In this document: positions 25,335 through 37,335 of the stretch, one piece after another | How the letters are laid out: each line of letters begins with the position of its first letter | Position numbering within the stretch: position 1 is the first letter of the stretch | DNA from: Raja brachyura | Lineage: Eukaryota | DNA: 64,000 bases | Reading direction: 5' to 3' | Assembly: GCA_963514005.1 (NCBI GenBank) | Contig: OY740783.1 | Coordinates: 56,172,001-56,236,000, forward strand | Notes under the pieces: model-generated | The model's input: the letters and a program-made list of their open reading frames with translations, nothing else | Database searches by the model: none | What the model was told of the DNA's origin: nothing | Translations under genes and position numbers: made by a program

Positions 25335-25678
25335 AACGATTTGGATGTGAATGGACAAAGCAAGATAGATTACGTTTTCAAATGGAATTAAAGTGGGTGT
25401 TAGGGTAGATGGTGAAAATGGCTATCAAAAATTACATCAGACTCTTGATCACGTGGGCTTAATAATGGCCAATGGAGTGTAAAGTAGATAAGTGTGAGTT
25501 GGTATATTCTGGGAAGTCAAACCAGAGCAGGACCTTCACAGTGAATGGTTGGGCCCTGTGGAGTGTTCCAGAGCAGAGGGATCTAGGAGTACAGATGCAT
25601 AGTTCCCTGAAAATTGTGTCACAGATGGGTAGGGTGGTCAAAGAGGTTTTTGGTACATTGGCCTTAATCAGTCAGAGT
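25335..25678 (+). mobile_element. CR1 ORF2 internal fragment
   Basis: ORF 25472 MECKVDKCELVYSGKSNQSRTFTVNG...EQRDLGVQMHSSLK. Confidence 0.8.
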
Positions 25679-25679
25679 A

Positions 25680-26220
25680 CGAGTGTGAGTATGCTTAATG
25701 TGGTGCATCTGTCGAAGTTTGTAAGCGACATTGGAGACGCGCTGTATTTCCTCAGTCTCCCAAGGAAGTAGAGCCAATGGTGTGCCGTCTTGGCTATCAC
25801 TTCAATATAGTTGGTCTGTGACAGGTAATTGGTAACATTAATGCCAAGGATCTTGAAGCTCTCAATCATTTATTTTTCTGCACCATTAATGCTGATAGGG
25901 TCATGTACTTAACCACGTCTTTTGAAGTCCTCAACAGGCTTTTTGTCTTGCTGACATTGAGGGAGGGGTTCTGTGCCTGACACCATGTGTTCTCTATCAC
26001 CTTGCTGTATACCATCTCATCATTGTTCATGATCCGGCCCACCACAGTGGTGTCATCCGCAAACTTGGTGATGGACTTGGAGCTAAATTTGGCCACGCTG
26101 TCATGAGTGTATAGTGGGTATAGTCAGGGACAGAGAATGCAACCTTGCAAGAATTATTGCGAATTATTGTGGAGAATGTTGTCACCTATTCTTGCTGATT
26201 ATGATCTGTGGAAGAATAGG
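25680..26220 (-). mobile_element. Rex/Babar-like LINE RT fragment
   Basis: SITKFADDTTVVGRIMNNDE...WCQAQNPSLNVSKTK; ESFKILGINVT...LYFLGRLRK. Confidence 0.8.
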
Positions 26221-26302
26221 AGTTCCAATACCACAATAGTAGATGGAGAATATATGTTCATGTGTTCCCTGATTTTTCGATGCATCCCTTAAATAGAGGC
26301 AC

Positions 26303-27066
26303 AACATAGAAATATAGACATAGAAAATAGGTGCAGGAGTAGGCCATTCGGCCCTTTGAGCCAGCACCGCCATTCAATATGATCATGGCTGATCATCCAG
26401 AATCAGTACCATGTTCTTGTCAAACTGTGACCCCTGGTTCTGGACTCCCCCAACATGGGGAACATTTTTCCTGCATCTAGCCTGTCCAATCCTTTAATAA
26501 TTGTATATGTTTCTAAGAGATCCCCTCTCATCCTTCTAAATTCCAGTGAATATAAGCCCAGTCGATTAATTCTTTCATCGTATGTCAGTCCTGCCACCCT
26601 GGGAATTAACCTGGTGAACCTATGCTGCACTCCCTCAATTGCAAGAATGTCCTTCCTTAAATTAGGAGACCAAAACATCACACAATACTCAGGTGCGGTC
26701 TCACCAAGACCCTGTACAACTGCAGCCGGACCTCCTTGCTCCTGTACTGATATCGTCTCGCTATGAAGGCCAACATGCCATTTGCTTTCTTCATTGCCTG
26801 CTGTACCTATCTGCTTACTTTCAAGGACTGATGTACAAGGACACCCAGGTCTCTTTGTACCTCCCCTTTTCCTTATCTGACACCATTTAGATAATAATCT
26901 GCCGCCTTGCTCTTGCCACCAAAGTGGATAACCTCACATTTAACCACATTATATTGCATCGACCCAGCCACCCAACCTATCCAAGTCACCCTGCAGCCTC
27001 ACAGCATCCTCCTCACAGCTCACACTGCCACCCAGCTTTGTGTGATCTGCAAACTTGGAGATGTTA
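26303..27066 (-). mobile_element. Internally deleted CR1 LINE
   Basis: ORF 26403-26681 [25 protein letters not shown]...RGDLLETY; catagaaa tail. Confidence 0.9.
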
Positions 27067-27373
27067 GCCACCCTCCACTCTTCCTGCACAGTACTTGCCT
27101 CCAAAGATCACTTTAAAGTGATCTACGTTATTACATTTTATAAACTATAACACTTGGACAAACTGTGCTGCCTCTATCTCTAAAATTTAAGATTATGCAT
27201 AAATATACAAAGGGAAGTTTAAAAACATTTTGAGATTTGTGGGGCAACCAGCCCTTATGTGTCAATCTTTGCAACTTCCGTGCTCACAGTGTAGAACTGG
27301 CAATCTATGTCTGCCCTTTGAGAAAGAATACTCCTTTTGTGTCTAACTTTTATTTTATTTCCCTTCATACTAG

Positions 27374-27510
27374 GTTGTTCGATCATTCCATGGAAGGTTT
27401 TAAGAGTTGGGAATTCATGACTACTCATTGTTGGGGTGAAAAGGCGGCAGGTGACTGGTTACTTGAAATCCACGACAATCCTTCCCAGCTACGAAACTTC
27501 AAAACACCAG
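27374..27510 (+). CDS. PCSK5: PCSK5 exon, P domain
   Basis: tactag|G ... CCAG|gtagtc; LFDHSMEGFKSWEFMTTHCWGEKAAGDWLLEIHDNPSQLRNFKTP. Confidence 0.96.
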
Positions 27511-28127
27511 GTAGTCACTGTAAACATTTATAAATGACTTCACATTGCCTTTCTTTATTCAAATATCAAAATGTTACAAAATGGTGCCTTGCTTGGTGCT
27601 TGGGCTGCAATTCCGAGGACAAGAGTATGAGTGGAATTGTGTCATTGCAGCATTGTAGTTGAGTGGACAGCCTCCTGTGCTGGGAACCTGGGTAAGGGCT
27701 CAGCCCTTTGCTGGTGTTCCCATACCATAGGAGTTGTTTGAGTCATGTTAGACAACAGACAATAGACAATAAGTGTAGGAGTAGGCCATTTGGCCCCTCG
27801 AGCCAGCACCGCCATTCAATGTGATCATGGCTGATCATCCACAATCAGTACCCCATTCATGTTGCAATGAGATCAGTCTACATAGGGTGTCATCTCTACA
27901 CATTAAGAAATGTTGTACTTTGTCTATGCAATAATGCTGAGCACTATATTCTGCATTCAGTATCGTCCCCCTTGCTCTATTTACTGTTCTTGAGTTTGGC
28001 TTGATTGTATTTATGTATGATATCTGATCTGTTTTGATAGCATGCAAATTTAGACTTTCCTCTACCTCTGTTACGTGACAGTAATAGTCATAAACCAAGG
28101 AGGCTATGTTCAATGGCTGCCCATGAA

Positions 28128-28935
28128 TCATAATCATACAGCATGGAAACAGGTAATTTGGCCTACCTTGCTCACACCGATCAAGAGACCCCATCTACAT
28201 GAGTCTGGAGTGCTCACATTTGGCCCGTGTCCCTCTAAATCTTTCCCCTCCATCAACCTCTCCAAATGTCCTTGAAATGTTGTAAGAGTATCTACCTCAA
28301 TTACGTGCTCTGCCAGCCTGTTCCATATCCCCAACTCACTGTGTTGGAAAAAGTTGCCCCAACAATCCTATTAAATCTTTCCATCAGCTTAAACCTGTAT
28401 CCTCTGGTTCTTGATTACCCTAATCTTGGTAAAAGAATCTTCACATTCAACATTTCATGCTGTGCTATTCCCTTCACGATCTTATACACTTCTATAAGAT
28501 CACCCATCAGTCTACTGCACTCCAAGGAATAAATTCCTATTCTGCTCAGGCTCTCGAGTCCTGGCAACATCCTTATCAATCTCCTCTGCACTCTTTCCAA
28601 CTTAATAACACTCTTCTTTTAGCAGGCTGACCAAAACTGAAGACAATACCTCCAATGTGGCCTCACCAACATCTTATGCAACAGTAAAATAACAACAGTT
28701 TAAATTCCATTTGGAATATTTTGGAGAACCAAGGACCCAACTTCTATACTCAATACACTGACTGATGACGGACAATGTACCGATTGCCTTCTTGACCACT
28801 CTATCTACCCATGATGCCATTTTCAGTGAACTATGTACTGCTCCACAACACCCTAAGGGCCTGCCATATGTGAAGGTGCTGCCCTGTTTTGACTTCCCAA
28901 AGTGCAACACCTCACACTTATCTGCATTAAATCAC
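28128..28935 (-). mobile_element. Degenerate CR1 LINE
   Basis: ERVQRRLIRMLPGLE, LHFGKSKQG...VDRVVKKAIG; tail catggaaacagg. Confidence 0.82.
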
Positions 28936-29185
28936 ATTAACTATTCCGCAATCCCATTTACTCCTGCTCTACATTTCTTCTTTTTAGTTGCACACCTGTG
29001 CGTGTTCACTATGTGTCAAGGGCACTTTGACACATTAGTATTCTGCAGGATAGTGCTACCGAGAAATTCCATTGCACACTGGTGTATATGACAATGAAAA
29101 AAAATCTGAAACGGGGATCAAAAAGATTGGGTGTTGATTAAATTAAATGTAAGTGTACAGAGATTTGGCAACACCAACAGCCTAA

Positions 29186-29489
29186 AGGGCCTGTCCCACT
29201 ATATGAGTTTACCCAAGAGCTCTCCCGAGTTAAAAGAAAATCAAACTCGCGGTAAGTACGTAGAATGTACGTAGTGGGTACGCCGGAGCTCGGGGCGTCT
29301 CTTAGCGGCTCGTAATGCCAACGGCAGGTACTCTGGAAACGCGGTAAGCTCGAGAAGTTTTTTCAACATTGAAAAATGTCCACGAGAGCCCCGAGTACCT
29401 ACGAGCGGCTATTACCGTAATTATCCGAGTTCGAATCAGGGAAAACTCGGGAGAACGCTTGAATTACCTCGTACAGTGGGACAGGGCCT
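29186..29489. mobile_element. Complete Harbinger-like MITE (304 bp)
   Basis: 15-bp TIRs agggcctgtcccact / agtgggacagggcct, flanked by taa and tta; CpG-rich non-coding interior. Confidence 0.85.
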
Positions 29490-31384
29490 TTAAAATGGTT
29501 TCCATCGATCAAAAGTGTTGTATAGTGGGTTCCAGGTGCCTTCAAAGCCACAATATGCCCAATAGGCGGGTGGACAGATTGGCAACCCTATTATCCTTTG
29601 CAGAACATAACATTACTTGCAGAAGTGCCAGAAACACAAGAACAGCGTTGTTGGTGCAAATTCTCATCAGAAGTGTGTGCGTCAAGGGGAAATGGAAATA
29701 AATAAGGTTACTTCCCCTGGTGAATGGGTTAAGCCCCAAACGTTTAATTAGTTCTGGGTGCACCTGATCATGAACGTTTGCATTACATCAAAACTACGGA
29801 CAGGTCTAATTTCAATCCCTCGGGCACAGTTTCCTGGATAATTTCTTCCAGAGTATTTCAGAATGTGTTGTTAATCACATTAGATCTGCTTATTTTCAGC
29901 CACTACTTTGAGCAATGACCTTTGATCAAAATAATTTAATTTGAAAGTGTTGAGTCAGATTTTTTTTTTTTGCCGTTTTACATTTGTTCTCTAAATCAGG
30001 TGCCAAATTAAGCCGTTAAGGGATGCTTCACTTGGTGTTTTTTTTACAAAATGGAAGAATGCAGCTTTTGGGTAAAGATACACGAAATGCAAATCACTTT
30101 GGCCAGAAATGGTTTAAATTACCTAAATGGAAAACCTTTTTTCCTAATTCCAGATTGTTAGTGTATCAGTATCTATATACAATTTATATAAAATTATATT
30201 GAGGCATAGCACTGCTGTTTTGCGGTAATTTCGCGGATGTGCGATCTAAATTTCTTTGTAGCCGTTTTGACCCTGCTTTGTGTGGATATGGATGTGGATT
30301 GTTTACACAGCCCCAGAAAGGAAGCTTGGATTGCTAATGTAACCTGGAATAATGTCCTGTGCCAGAAGAAAATAAGAAAGAGGGGCAGGGATAGGCCATT
30401 CTTTGTAATTTTCCTGCATTGACTTCACATCCCTGGATTCTAGTAATATCTAGAGCCTCTGACTTGAAATTAGTGAGAGATTTACTATCTCTTTGGGTGC
30501 AGTTTTTTTTTTTAAAGCCTTTCTCCTAATGGCTGTTTGCCTATTCCCAGACTTTGATTCATGCTTCCACACATCCCAGCAAGGGGAAGTTTCATCCTTG
30601 CATCTGCATCTTTGCTCTTGTACTCAAATCAAGTAAAAATCAACATGTTGTGTTGCTAATTGCATGCTCTGCTATTCTTCGAAACACAAGTAATTCATGG
30701 TATAGGAACATGTTGACTTGCTGATCACTGTGCTATCGGTCTTGCAAATTGGGTGATCATTTGTGGAACAGATTGCATCCATTTCAAGAAAGTATTTATT
30801 AGAAATGTTGAACTTCAAAATTAATCTTTGTTCACTTATGTTCTGTACTTTAATCCTTTTCTCCCCACTGTCCCATGTTTTCACAGAATGTTTGATTTAA
30901 TGGTCATGGAGAATAAATAAATTTAGAGATGGATTTAAATATGGAAAGGATTTTAGTTTGAGATTAATGTTTTGAGGAAGAATCTAAGGAATTGGTGATG
31001 GAGATGATTTGAACATGGAGTTTCACTTAAGGCCAAGCACTTTTTTCCAGTCTAAGAGTGGAAGGTCATATATCGCTAGGGGGTGAGGTTTATATGGAGT
31101 GTAGAAAATGTCAGCGTCGGTCTTAATTTTGCAGGTGAATAGAATTCAACACTCCTTTCATTTTCCCCCATTCTTTAGAACTGAAATTCAATTAATGTAA
31201 ACTTTTAGTACTTGTTTTAGTACTTTTAGTTTCTGTTTCTAATAGTAAAAACATTACTATTCAATTATAATATTCTTGTTTAGAATTCAATTGTTTAAAA
31301 AAATTATCAGTTTCATATACATGTACTTCAAGGTGTATTGTTATAACATATGTCATAACGTATTGTGATCATAATTTTGTTCAG

Positions 31385-31504
31385 GAAAACTGAAGGAATG
31401 GTCTCTTGTACTTCATGGTACATCTACACATCCATATGCATGTCAGCCGAAACCACGATCCAGCCCAGATGAGGTCTCAGAAGATTACACAGATGAGCAG
31501 GCTG
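31385..31504 (+). CDS. PCSK5: PCSK5 exon, end of P domain and acidic linker
   Basis: gttcag|GA ... GCTG|gtaagt; GKLKEWSLVLHGTSTHPYACQPKPRSSPDEVSEDYTDEQA (not in the ORF track). Confidence 0.95.
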
Positions 31505-31979
31505 GTAAGTTGCAAAATATTGTAGGGAACGCATATGTCTGTCATTTTGGCCCATGAGTGGTGAAGGTCACTGCCAATCTACTTCTCTTTTCCTTTCACC
31601 CTTTGCTTTCTGCCTGTAATTGAACAAACATGTCACTGATTTTATAGCTTAGAATGGTATTCATTTAGATTGTCAGAGTATTGCTACTTTTGACTAAATT
31701 AATTAGGAGATGGAAAGTCTTTGTATTCTTAATACACCCACTGATGTTAATTGTAGGGTACAGTTTGAGCTGAAATTCCCAGAATAGAATTGATTTAACA
31801 TTGCCACCAAAGTAAAGTATGTCCCTTTTCTTTGTTAAATGAAAAATGTTGTCCCTATGATGCATTGGACTTTCCCTTATGAATCTATAATATAGAAATG
31901 TACACATTCCAGTTGGACAGTCAGACTGTGAGTAATTGAAGAAACAAAACCTTTGTCCTGAAATATTCAGTTACTCCCA

Positions 31980-32472
31980 GTCAAGTCAAGAGTCAAGAGA
32001 TTTATTGTCATGCGTCCCAGATAGGACAATGGAATTCTTATTTGCTGCAGCACAACAGAATATGTAAACATAATACAAAACGGAAGATACAAGTTCAGTG
32101 TGTCTATAAACCACAGACCATATATACACAATAATTAAATATATATAGTGCAATAATAATAATAGACAGTTATTGTTCAGAGCTTATTTGATGTCGTGTT
32201 TAATAACCTGATGGCTGTGGGAAGAAACTGCTCCTGAACCTGGATGTTATAGATTCCAGGCTCCTGTACCTTCTTCCCGATGGCAACAGTGAAATGAGAG
32301 TGTGACCAGGATGGTGTGGGTCTTTGATAATGTTGGCAGCCTTTTTGAGGCAGCAACTGCGATAGATCCCCTCGTTGGTGGGGAGCTCAGAGTCAGTGAT
32401 GGACTGGGCAGTGGTCACAATTTTCTGCAGTCTTTTCCGCTCCTGGACGTCCAAGTTGCCGAACCAGGCCAC
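31980..32472 (-). mobile_element. Rex/Babar-like LINE 3' end
   Basis: ORF AWFGNLDVQERKRLQKIV...IIKDPHHPGHTLISLLPSGRRYRSL...RFRSSFFP; (gtcaa)n tail. Confidence 0.85.
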
Positions 32473-33442
32473 GGTTCTACCAATCCTACTGTTTCCAGTT
32501 TCCTCTGATTAATTTCAATGTAGAATTTACACTTAAGCTGGCATTCATTTGAACACACAAAAAAAAACAAAATTATATTGCATATGACCCATATTAGTGG
32601 ATAGTAAACAGAATTTTCTTAGATGTTAAACTTGCTGGTCTATTATATTGGTATCCTGTGTTGTTTTTGGTAATCTTGACTACATTGGTGTTAAAAGTAA
32701 TGCCTTTGTATACAGACCTGGCCATGACTGAAAGAAAGTCATTGAGAGCTGCCGCCTTGAACTATTGCAGGCTATGTAGTAAAGGTACTTCCATCATTGG
32801 TAGAAAATTCCAGGATTTAACCTGCTCAATGCAGGCAGAGCAATCTGTTTAAAAGTCAGTGCAGTGTGTGATGTTTGCAGTCCAAGAATCATAGATATGT
32901 ATGACACAGACAGGGGCCATTCATCATATCATATCCATATTGGTCATATCCATCTTGGGTTGATCCCACTTCCCAACCTTGTTCATTAGACCTGTGGATG
33001 ATGGCTCTTGGAGTGCTTGTCCAGAGACATTGAATGTGGTGGGGTTTTGTGCCTTCACCATTCTTTAAGGTGGCAAGTTTCAGACCCTGTGCAATTTAAT
33101 TAGCTCATATCCCCCTTCCAATCCATGTACCAAATAAGCTTAACTGGTGTAGGATTACTGGCATCTCTGCTAAGGGTTGTAGAATATCATCTTGCATTGC
33201 AGAGCCTCACAGTATGTATCTATCCAGTCACTACAATTTCCATCAGTCATTGGAATTGACATTGTTCCACAAAGCCAAAGCTTCTTTTTCCATAGAGTTT
33301 ACCATTTACCCTTGAATCCCGTGAAAAGAGAATACACTATAAATAGTGGGAACAGGAAGAAGCATGTCCTTAAACAATTGAAAAAAGTAGGGCAGATGGA
33401 TTAGGTGAATACCGTATCCTATTTTGCCCATGACTTGTAATG

Positions 33443-34065
33443 TACATAGAACATAGAGTACAACACATGGACAGGTCCTTCGGCCCACAATGTCTGTGCC
33501 AAACATAATGCCGAGACTAACCCTAATCCGCCTGCTCATAATTCATGTCCCTCCATTCCCTGCATATCAACTGGCCTATCCAAAAGTCTCTTTAACTGAC
33601 ACTATTGTAGCTGGCTCAAACGCCACCCCCTGCAGTATGCTCCAGGCACTCGCCACCCACAGCAGGGGAAAAAAGAAAAGAAAACTAGCCCTGCTCATCT
33701 CCTTTAAACATTGCCCCTATCACCTTAAAGCTATACCCTCTAATCTATGATATATTTACCTGGGGGAGGAACGTCTACCCTATCTATGTCTCTGATAATT
33801 TTATATGCTTTTATCAAGTCTCTCTACAACCTCTGGCAACAGAGAAAACAATCCAAGTCTTTCTAACCTGTAGCTAATACACCTTAATCCAAGCATCATT
33901 TTGGTAAATCTCCTCTGCATGCTTTCCAAAACCACCTCGTCCTTTCTGCAATGGGAAATCCAAAACGGCATGCAATACAGCCGATCTAAAATCAATATAA
34001 AGTTGTCTCATGATTTCCTGACTCTTATACTCAATGCCCCAACCTATGAAAGCAAGCATGCAACT
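33443..34065 (-). mobile_element. Degenerate CR1 LINE
   Basis: LESMQRRFTKMMLGL and MLAFIGWGIEYKSQE translations; acaggtccttcggccc tail. Confidence 0.8.
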
Positions 34066-34336
34066 TATTTTCTCTCCTCCAGCTTTATTTCGACCCCCCC
34101 CCCATCTCCCCTCCGCCCCCACAGACAGTCTGAAGAAGGAACGTCACCTAGGTAACATTAGCTACTCCCCAACCTTGTCGGTGGCTCGATAGAGACGATT
34201 CAAAGATCTCTATCAAGGCTCTCACAATCTCCTCTCTGCTTTCTAAAGTAACCTGGGAGAGATCCTATCAGGTCCTGGGGATTTATCAACCTTGATGCTC
34301 TTCAAGAGCCCCAACACCACCACCACCTTGATCTTA

Positions 34337-34652
34337 AGAGGCTGTCCCACTGCGGCGACCTAATTGGCGAGTTTTGAAGAGTTTAGGAGAGTTCGAAAAT
34401 GTGTCATGTTGAAGACCTCCTTTGATCTCTTTCGACTGTGTGGAAAACTAGCTTCGACTAGTGGAGAGTTAAGACGACTTCCTTCGACCTCCCTTTGACT
34501 ATGTTAAAGACTCTCTACGACTACCTTCGACTACCCTCGATTACCTACGAATAACATGCCGACCCACTACGACTAAGCCTACGAGTAAAAAAAAAAATTG
34601 TTTTTTTCCACGGCGACCTTTTTTTACTCGCGGGCATTTTTCAGCATGTTGA
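34337..34652. mobile_element. Partial Harbinger-like MITE (left TIR only)
   Basis: tta|agaggctgtcccact; the interior shares ggcgacc...gggcatttttcagcatgttga with 36084-36600. Confidence 0.78.
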
Positions 34653-35560
34653 CCCTTCTTCGGAGCTGGAGATAACATTAGTTAGATCATAGATGGACTA
34701 CATTGTGTGGCTTTAGGCCACTATTTGAAGGATGTGATAACACCAGAGAGAATGCTGAGGAAGTTTAAAAGGCTGATGCCAGGATTGGAGATTTATAATT
34801 AAGATTGCAGAATGCCAATCCACCATCTGCAATATGGACATCTTAAATCTTCATAACTATGAAGATGTAATTGATCTAATCTGCACTCAAAATGTGAATG
34901 AAATCTTTAATATTTTGTTGGACAATAAATTATGTAAGAAGCATACTGTGGAATCCCTATGGTCATATTAGTTTATCAGCATGTAATATCTGATGCTGAG
35001 TACTAACAAAATATTTTGTCAGTGATTAATTTGATTTCCGTGAGTAAATGTTCACGAGTTTTTATTTTAGAAGATAGGAGACAAGCCAGTTGCTGTTTAG
35101 GAGTCTACTATTTTAACAAAGCTTTAAAGCTATTGCACTGATTATATATAACCAGGATCTGAAAAACTGTTTGGCAAATAAGAATTAAATATTTTTCATC
35201 AAGCAGATGGATGCAGTTATAAGCAGATTCACATACCATAAATGTGCTGTCTTCTCCATGATTAACACTGCCATGGTTATTTCAATAAGTTACTTATTCC
35301 AATATTAGACTTGCAGACTTAACTTTTAACTCTTTTTCAATTCCAGTCAGAACTATTCTATAAAATGTATTCAAACCCTAATATTTTTCATCTTGAAAAG
35401 TACCATTGGGGCTGACCGTGCATTGAAGCAAGATGGGGGAAAAAAAAAACTCTCAGCATGTTTTCTTATAGATTTAATTCACAACTTGCCTGTTTAAGAT
35501 TTCTAAATGTTGCTTCTCTAGACAAAAGTGAGATCAAGCACCAAAACTTTCATTGTTTAG

Positions 35561-35660
35561 GACCCTGTGACATTGAATGTCAAAATGGCTGTGAAGGACC
35601 TGGACCTCATCAATGCATTGATTGTGTGCATTACTTCCTCAAGTTTAAAAATAACACCAG
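35561..35660 (+). CDS. PCSK5: PCSK5 exon, first furin-like Cys-rich repeat
   Basis: gtttag|GA ... AG|gtaagc; GPCDIECQNGCEGPGPHQCIDCVHYFLKFKNNTR. Confidence 0.96.
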
Positions 35661-35980
35661 GTAAGCCAATTTTTTTTTTAGGGTGCATTAAAAACATTTA
35701 AGAATTCACTGTTATTACAGATTAAGTTATAAATATCAAATCATAAAATCAAAGATTTTCGTATTCAGTTGGCATTTAGGATAATGTACAGCAGATCACC
35801 AGTTGTTTCAGAACATTGCATCTGGTGTGCCAGGTTTTGTTACATTATACATGACCCTATTTCATTGTAGCTCAGTTGCTCGGCACTACAATACCTGAAA
35901 TGTCCCACCTAAAATATCAACATAAAATTCTGTTTCCATTACTTGCATTTTCCATTTCTGGACATTGTCATAACCATTCC

Positions 35981-37335
35981 GAGTGGTGGCGCCATTGGGT
36001 GTGGCAGCCTCGCCTGCCCCGTTCGTACTTTCATCCTTTTCATATTTTTAGTCCGTGAAATGTTTTGTGTTGGAGGTCTTTTAAGTGCCTGCCCCACTCA
36101 TGAGACTTTTCAGCGACCGTCTTCGACCTTCAAGCTCGTGGGCATGCGCCTGAAAAACCTTGAGTGGGATCGACTGTCAGCGATGAAAACATGAGCCGGA
36201 TTGACCACACGCGCCCACACACCCACACGCCGCTGCGGGCCAGGGAAAGCGGGGGAGAGCTGTCTGAAATTTTTTTTCTCAATGAGCTCTACCTTCGATT
36301 AGCTTTGATTGCCTTCAATTACCTACGATAGCATTACGACCTACTATGCCCTACCTCAACTAAACCTATGAGTAAAAACATATTGATTTTCTTCCCATGG
36401 CGACCTCACGGGCATTTTTCAGCATGTTGACAAAAAAACCCGTGATCTAGCTGAGGCCTCGAGTACGCGGGGACTACTCCCGAGCATGAAGGAGAGTTAC
36501 AAAGACCTCCTAGGACCTCGTGTCGACCATGCTGCGAGTATGAGTCGAGGGCAAATTCTGCTAAACTCACGAATTAGGTCGCTGCAGTGGGACAGGCCCT
36601 TTAGTCTTTTTTTGTTGAGGGGGGAGGGGGAAACTGTTTTTCACAGTCACTACCTGGGTTGAGGATGCGTCTTTCCTCCGAGCCGCATCTTCGTCCCCTC
36701 CTTGCGGCCTACCATCTGGATTGGCGCGGCCTTTCCTGCCGGACACTGTTAGAATAGTGGCGGCACAGCACTGAATGACCATCGCGGAGCGACCGATGCC
36801 TTACCGTGGTTGCCGTGTTGGAAGCTCCGGAGTGCTGTGACTTTAACACCGTGGAGCTGTGGTCTGCGGAGCTCCCAGCTGTGGGCGGCGCTGTCTTTAA
36901 CATCGCGGAGCCCTGGGCTCTTTCGCCGAGGTCGCCAGTGTTGTAGCTCGACCCAGCTCAGCCGTGGACTTCGGGAGCCGCGGTCTCCGGTAGGAAGCGG
37001 CCGATTCGGAACTCCAAGCCGCTGAGAGTGTTCTTCGGACGCCGGTGTTTCATCATCTGGTGAGAGGGCCTGAAACATCGGGCCGCCCGCCGTTGCGGCA
37101 ACTGCGGAGGCCTCAATAGGTCCCAACCACGGGTGAACCAGAGGAAGAGGACTGAACTTTGTTGCCTTCCTTCTCAGTGGGAAACGTGATTCCGCTGTGG
37201 GGGGATGTTTTTATGTTTAATGTTAAATTCTATTGTGTTGTGTTTATCTTATTTGTGTGCTGCAATGGTAGCTCAAATTTCACTGCACCAATTGGTGTAT
37301 GTGACAATAAATGTCCTTTGGTCCTTTGTCACTTT
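35981..37335 (+). mobile_element. GC/CpG-rich non-coding retroposon-like element with a Rex-like 3' tail, interrupted by a MITE
   Basis: Ends in aatttcactgcaccaattggtgtatgtgacaataaa(tgtccttt)n, resembling the Rex-like tail at 13980-14020; no credible ORF. Confidence 0.6.
36084..36600. mobile_element. Complete Harbinger-like MITE (517 bp) with TTA target-site duplication
   Basis: tta|agtgcctgccccact ... agtgggacaggccct|tta. Confidence 0.87.

Noticed and set aside
34440-34590. Short repeated cttcgact/ctacgact units resembling a spaced repeat array
   Set aside because: Irregular subterminal repeats inside a MITE in a vertebrate intron; no constant repeat-spacer periodicity, so not CRISPR-like
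34337-36600. Apparent composite (Pack-type) transposon capturing PCSK5 exon 35561-35660 between a left TIR at 34337 and a right TIR at 36600
   Set aside because: The right element has its own left TIR at 36084 with a matching TTA TSD, so these are two independent MITEs; the exon is a normal in-phase PCSK5 exon
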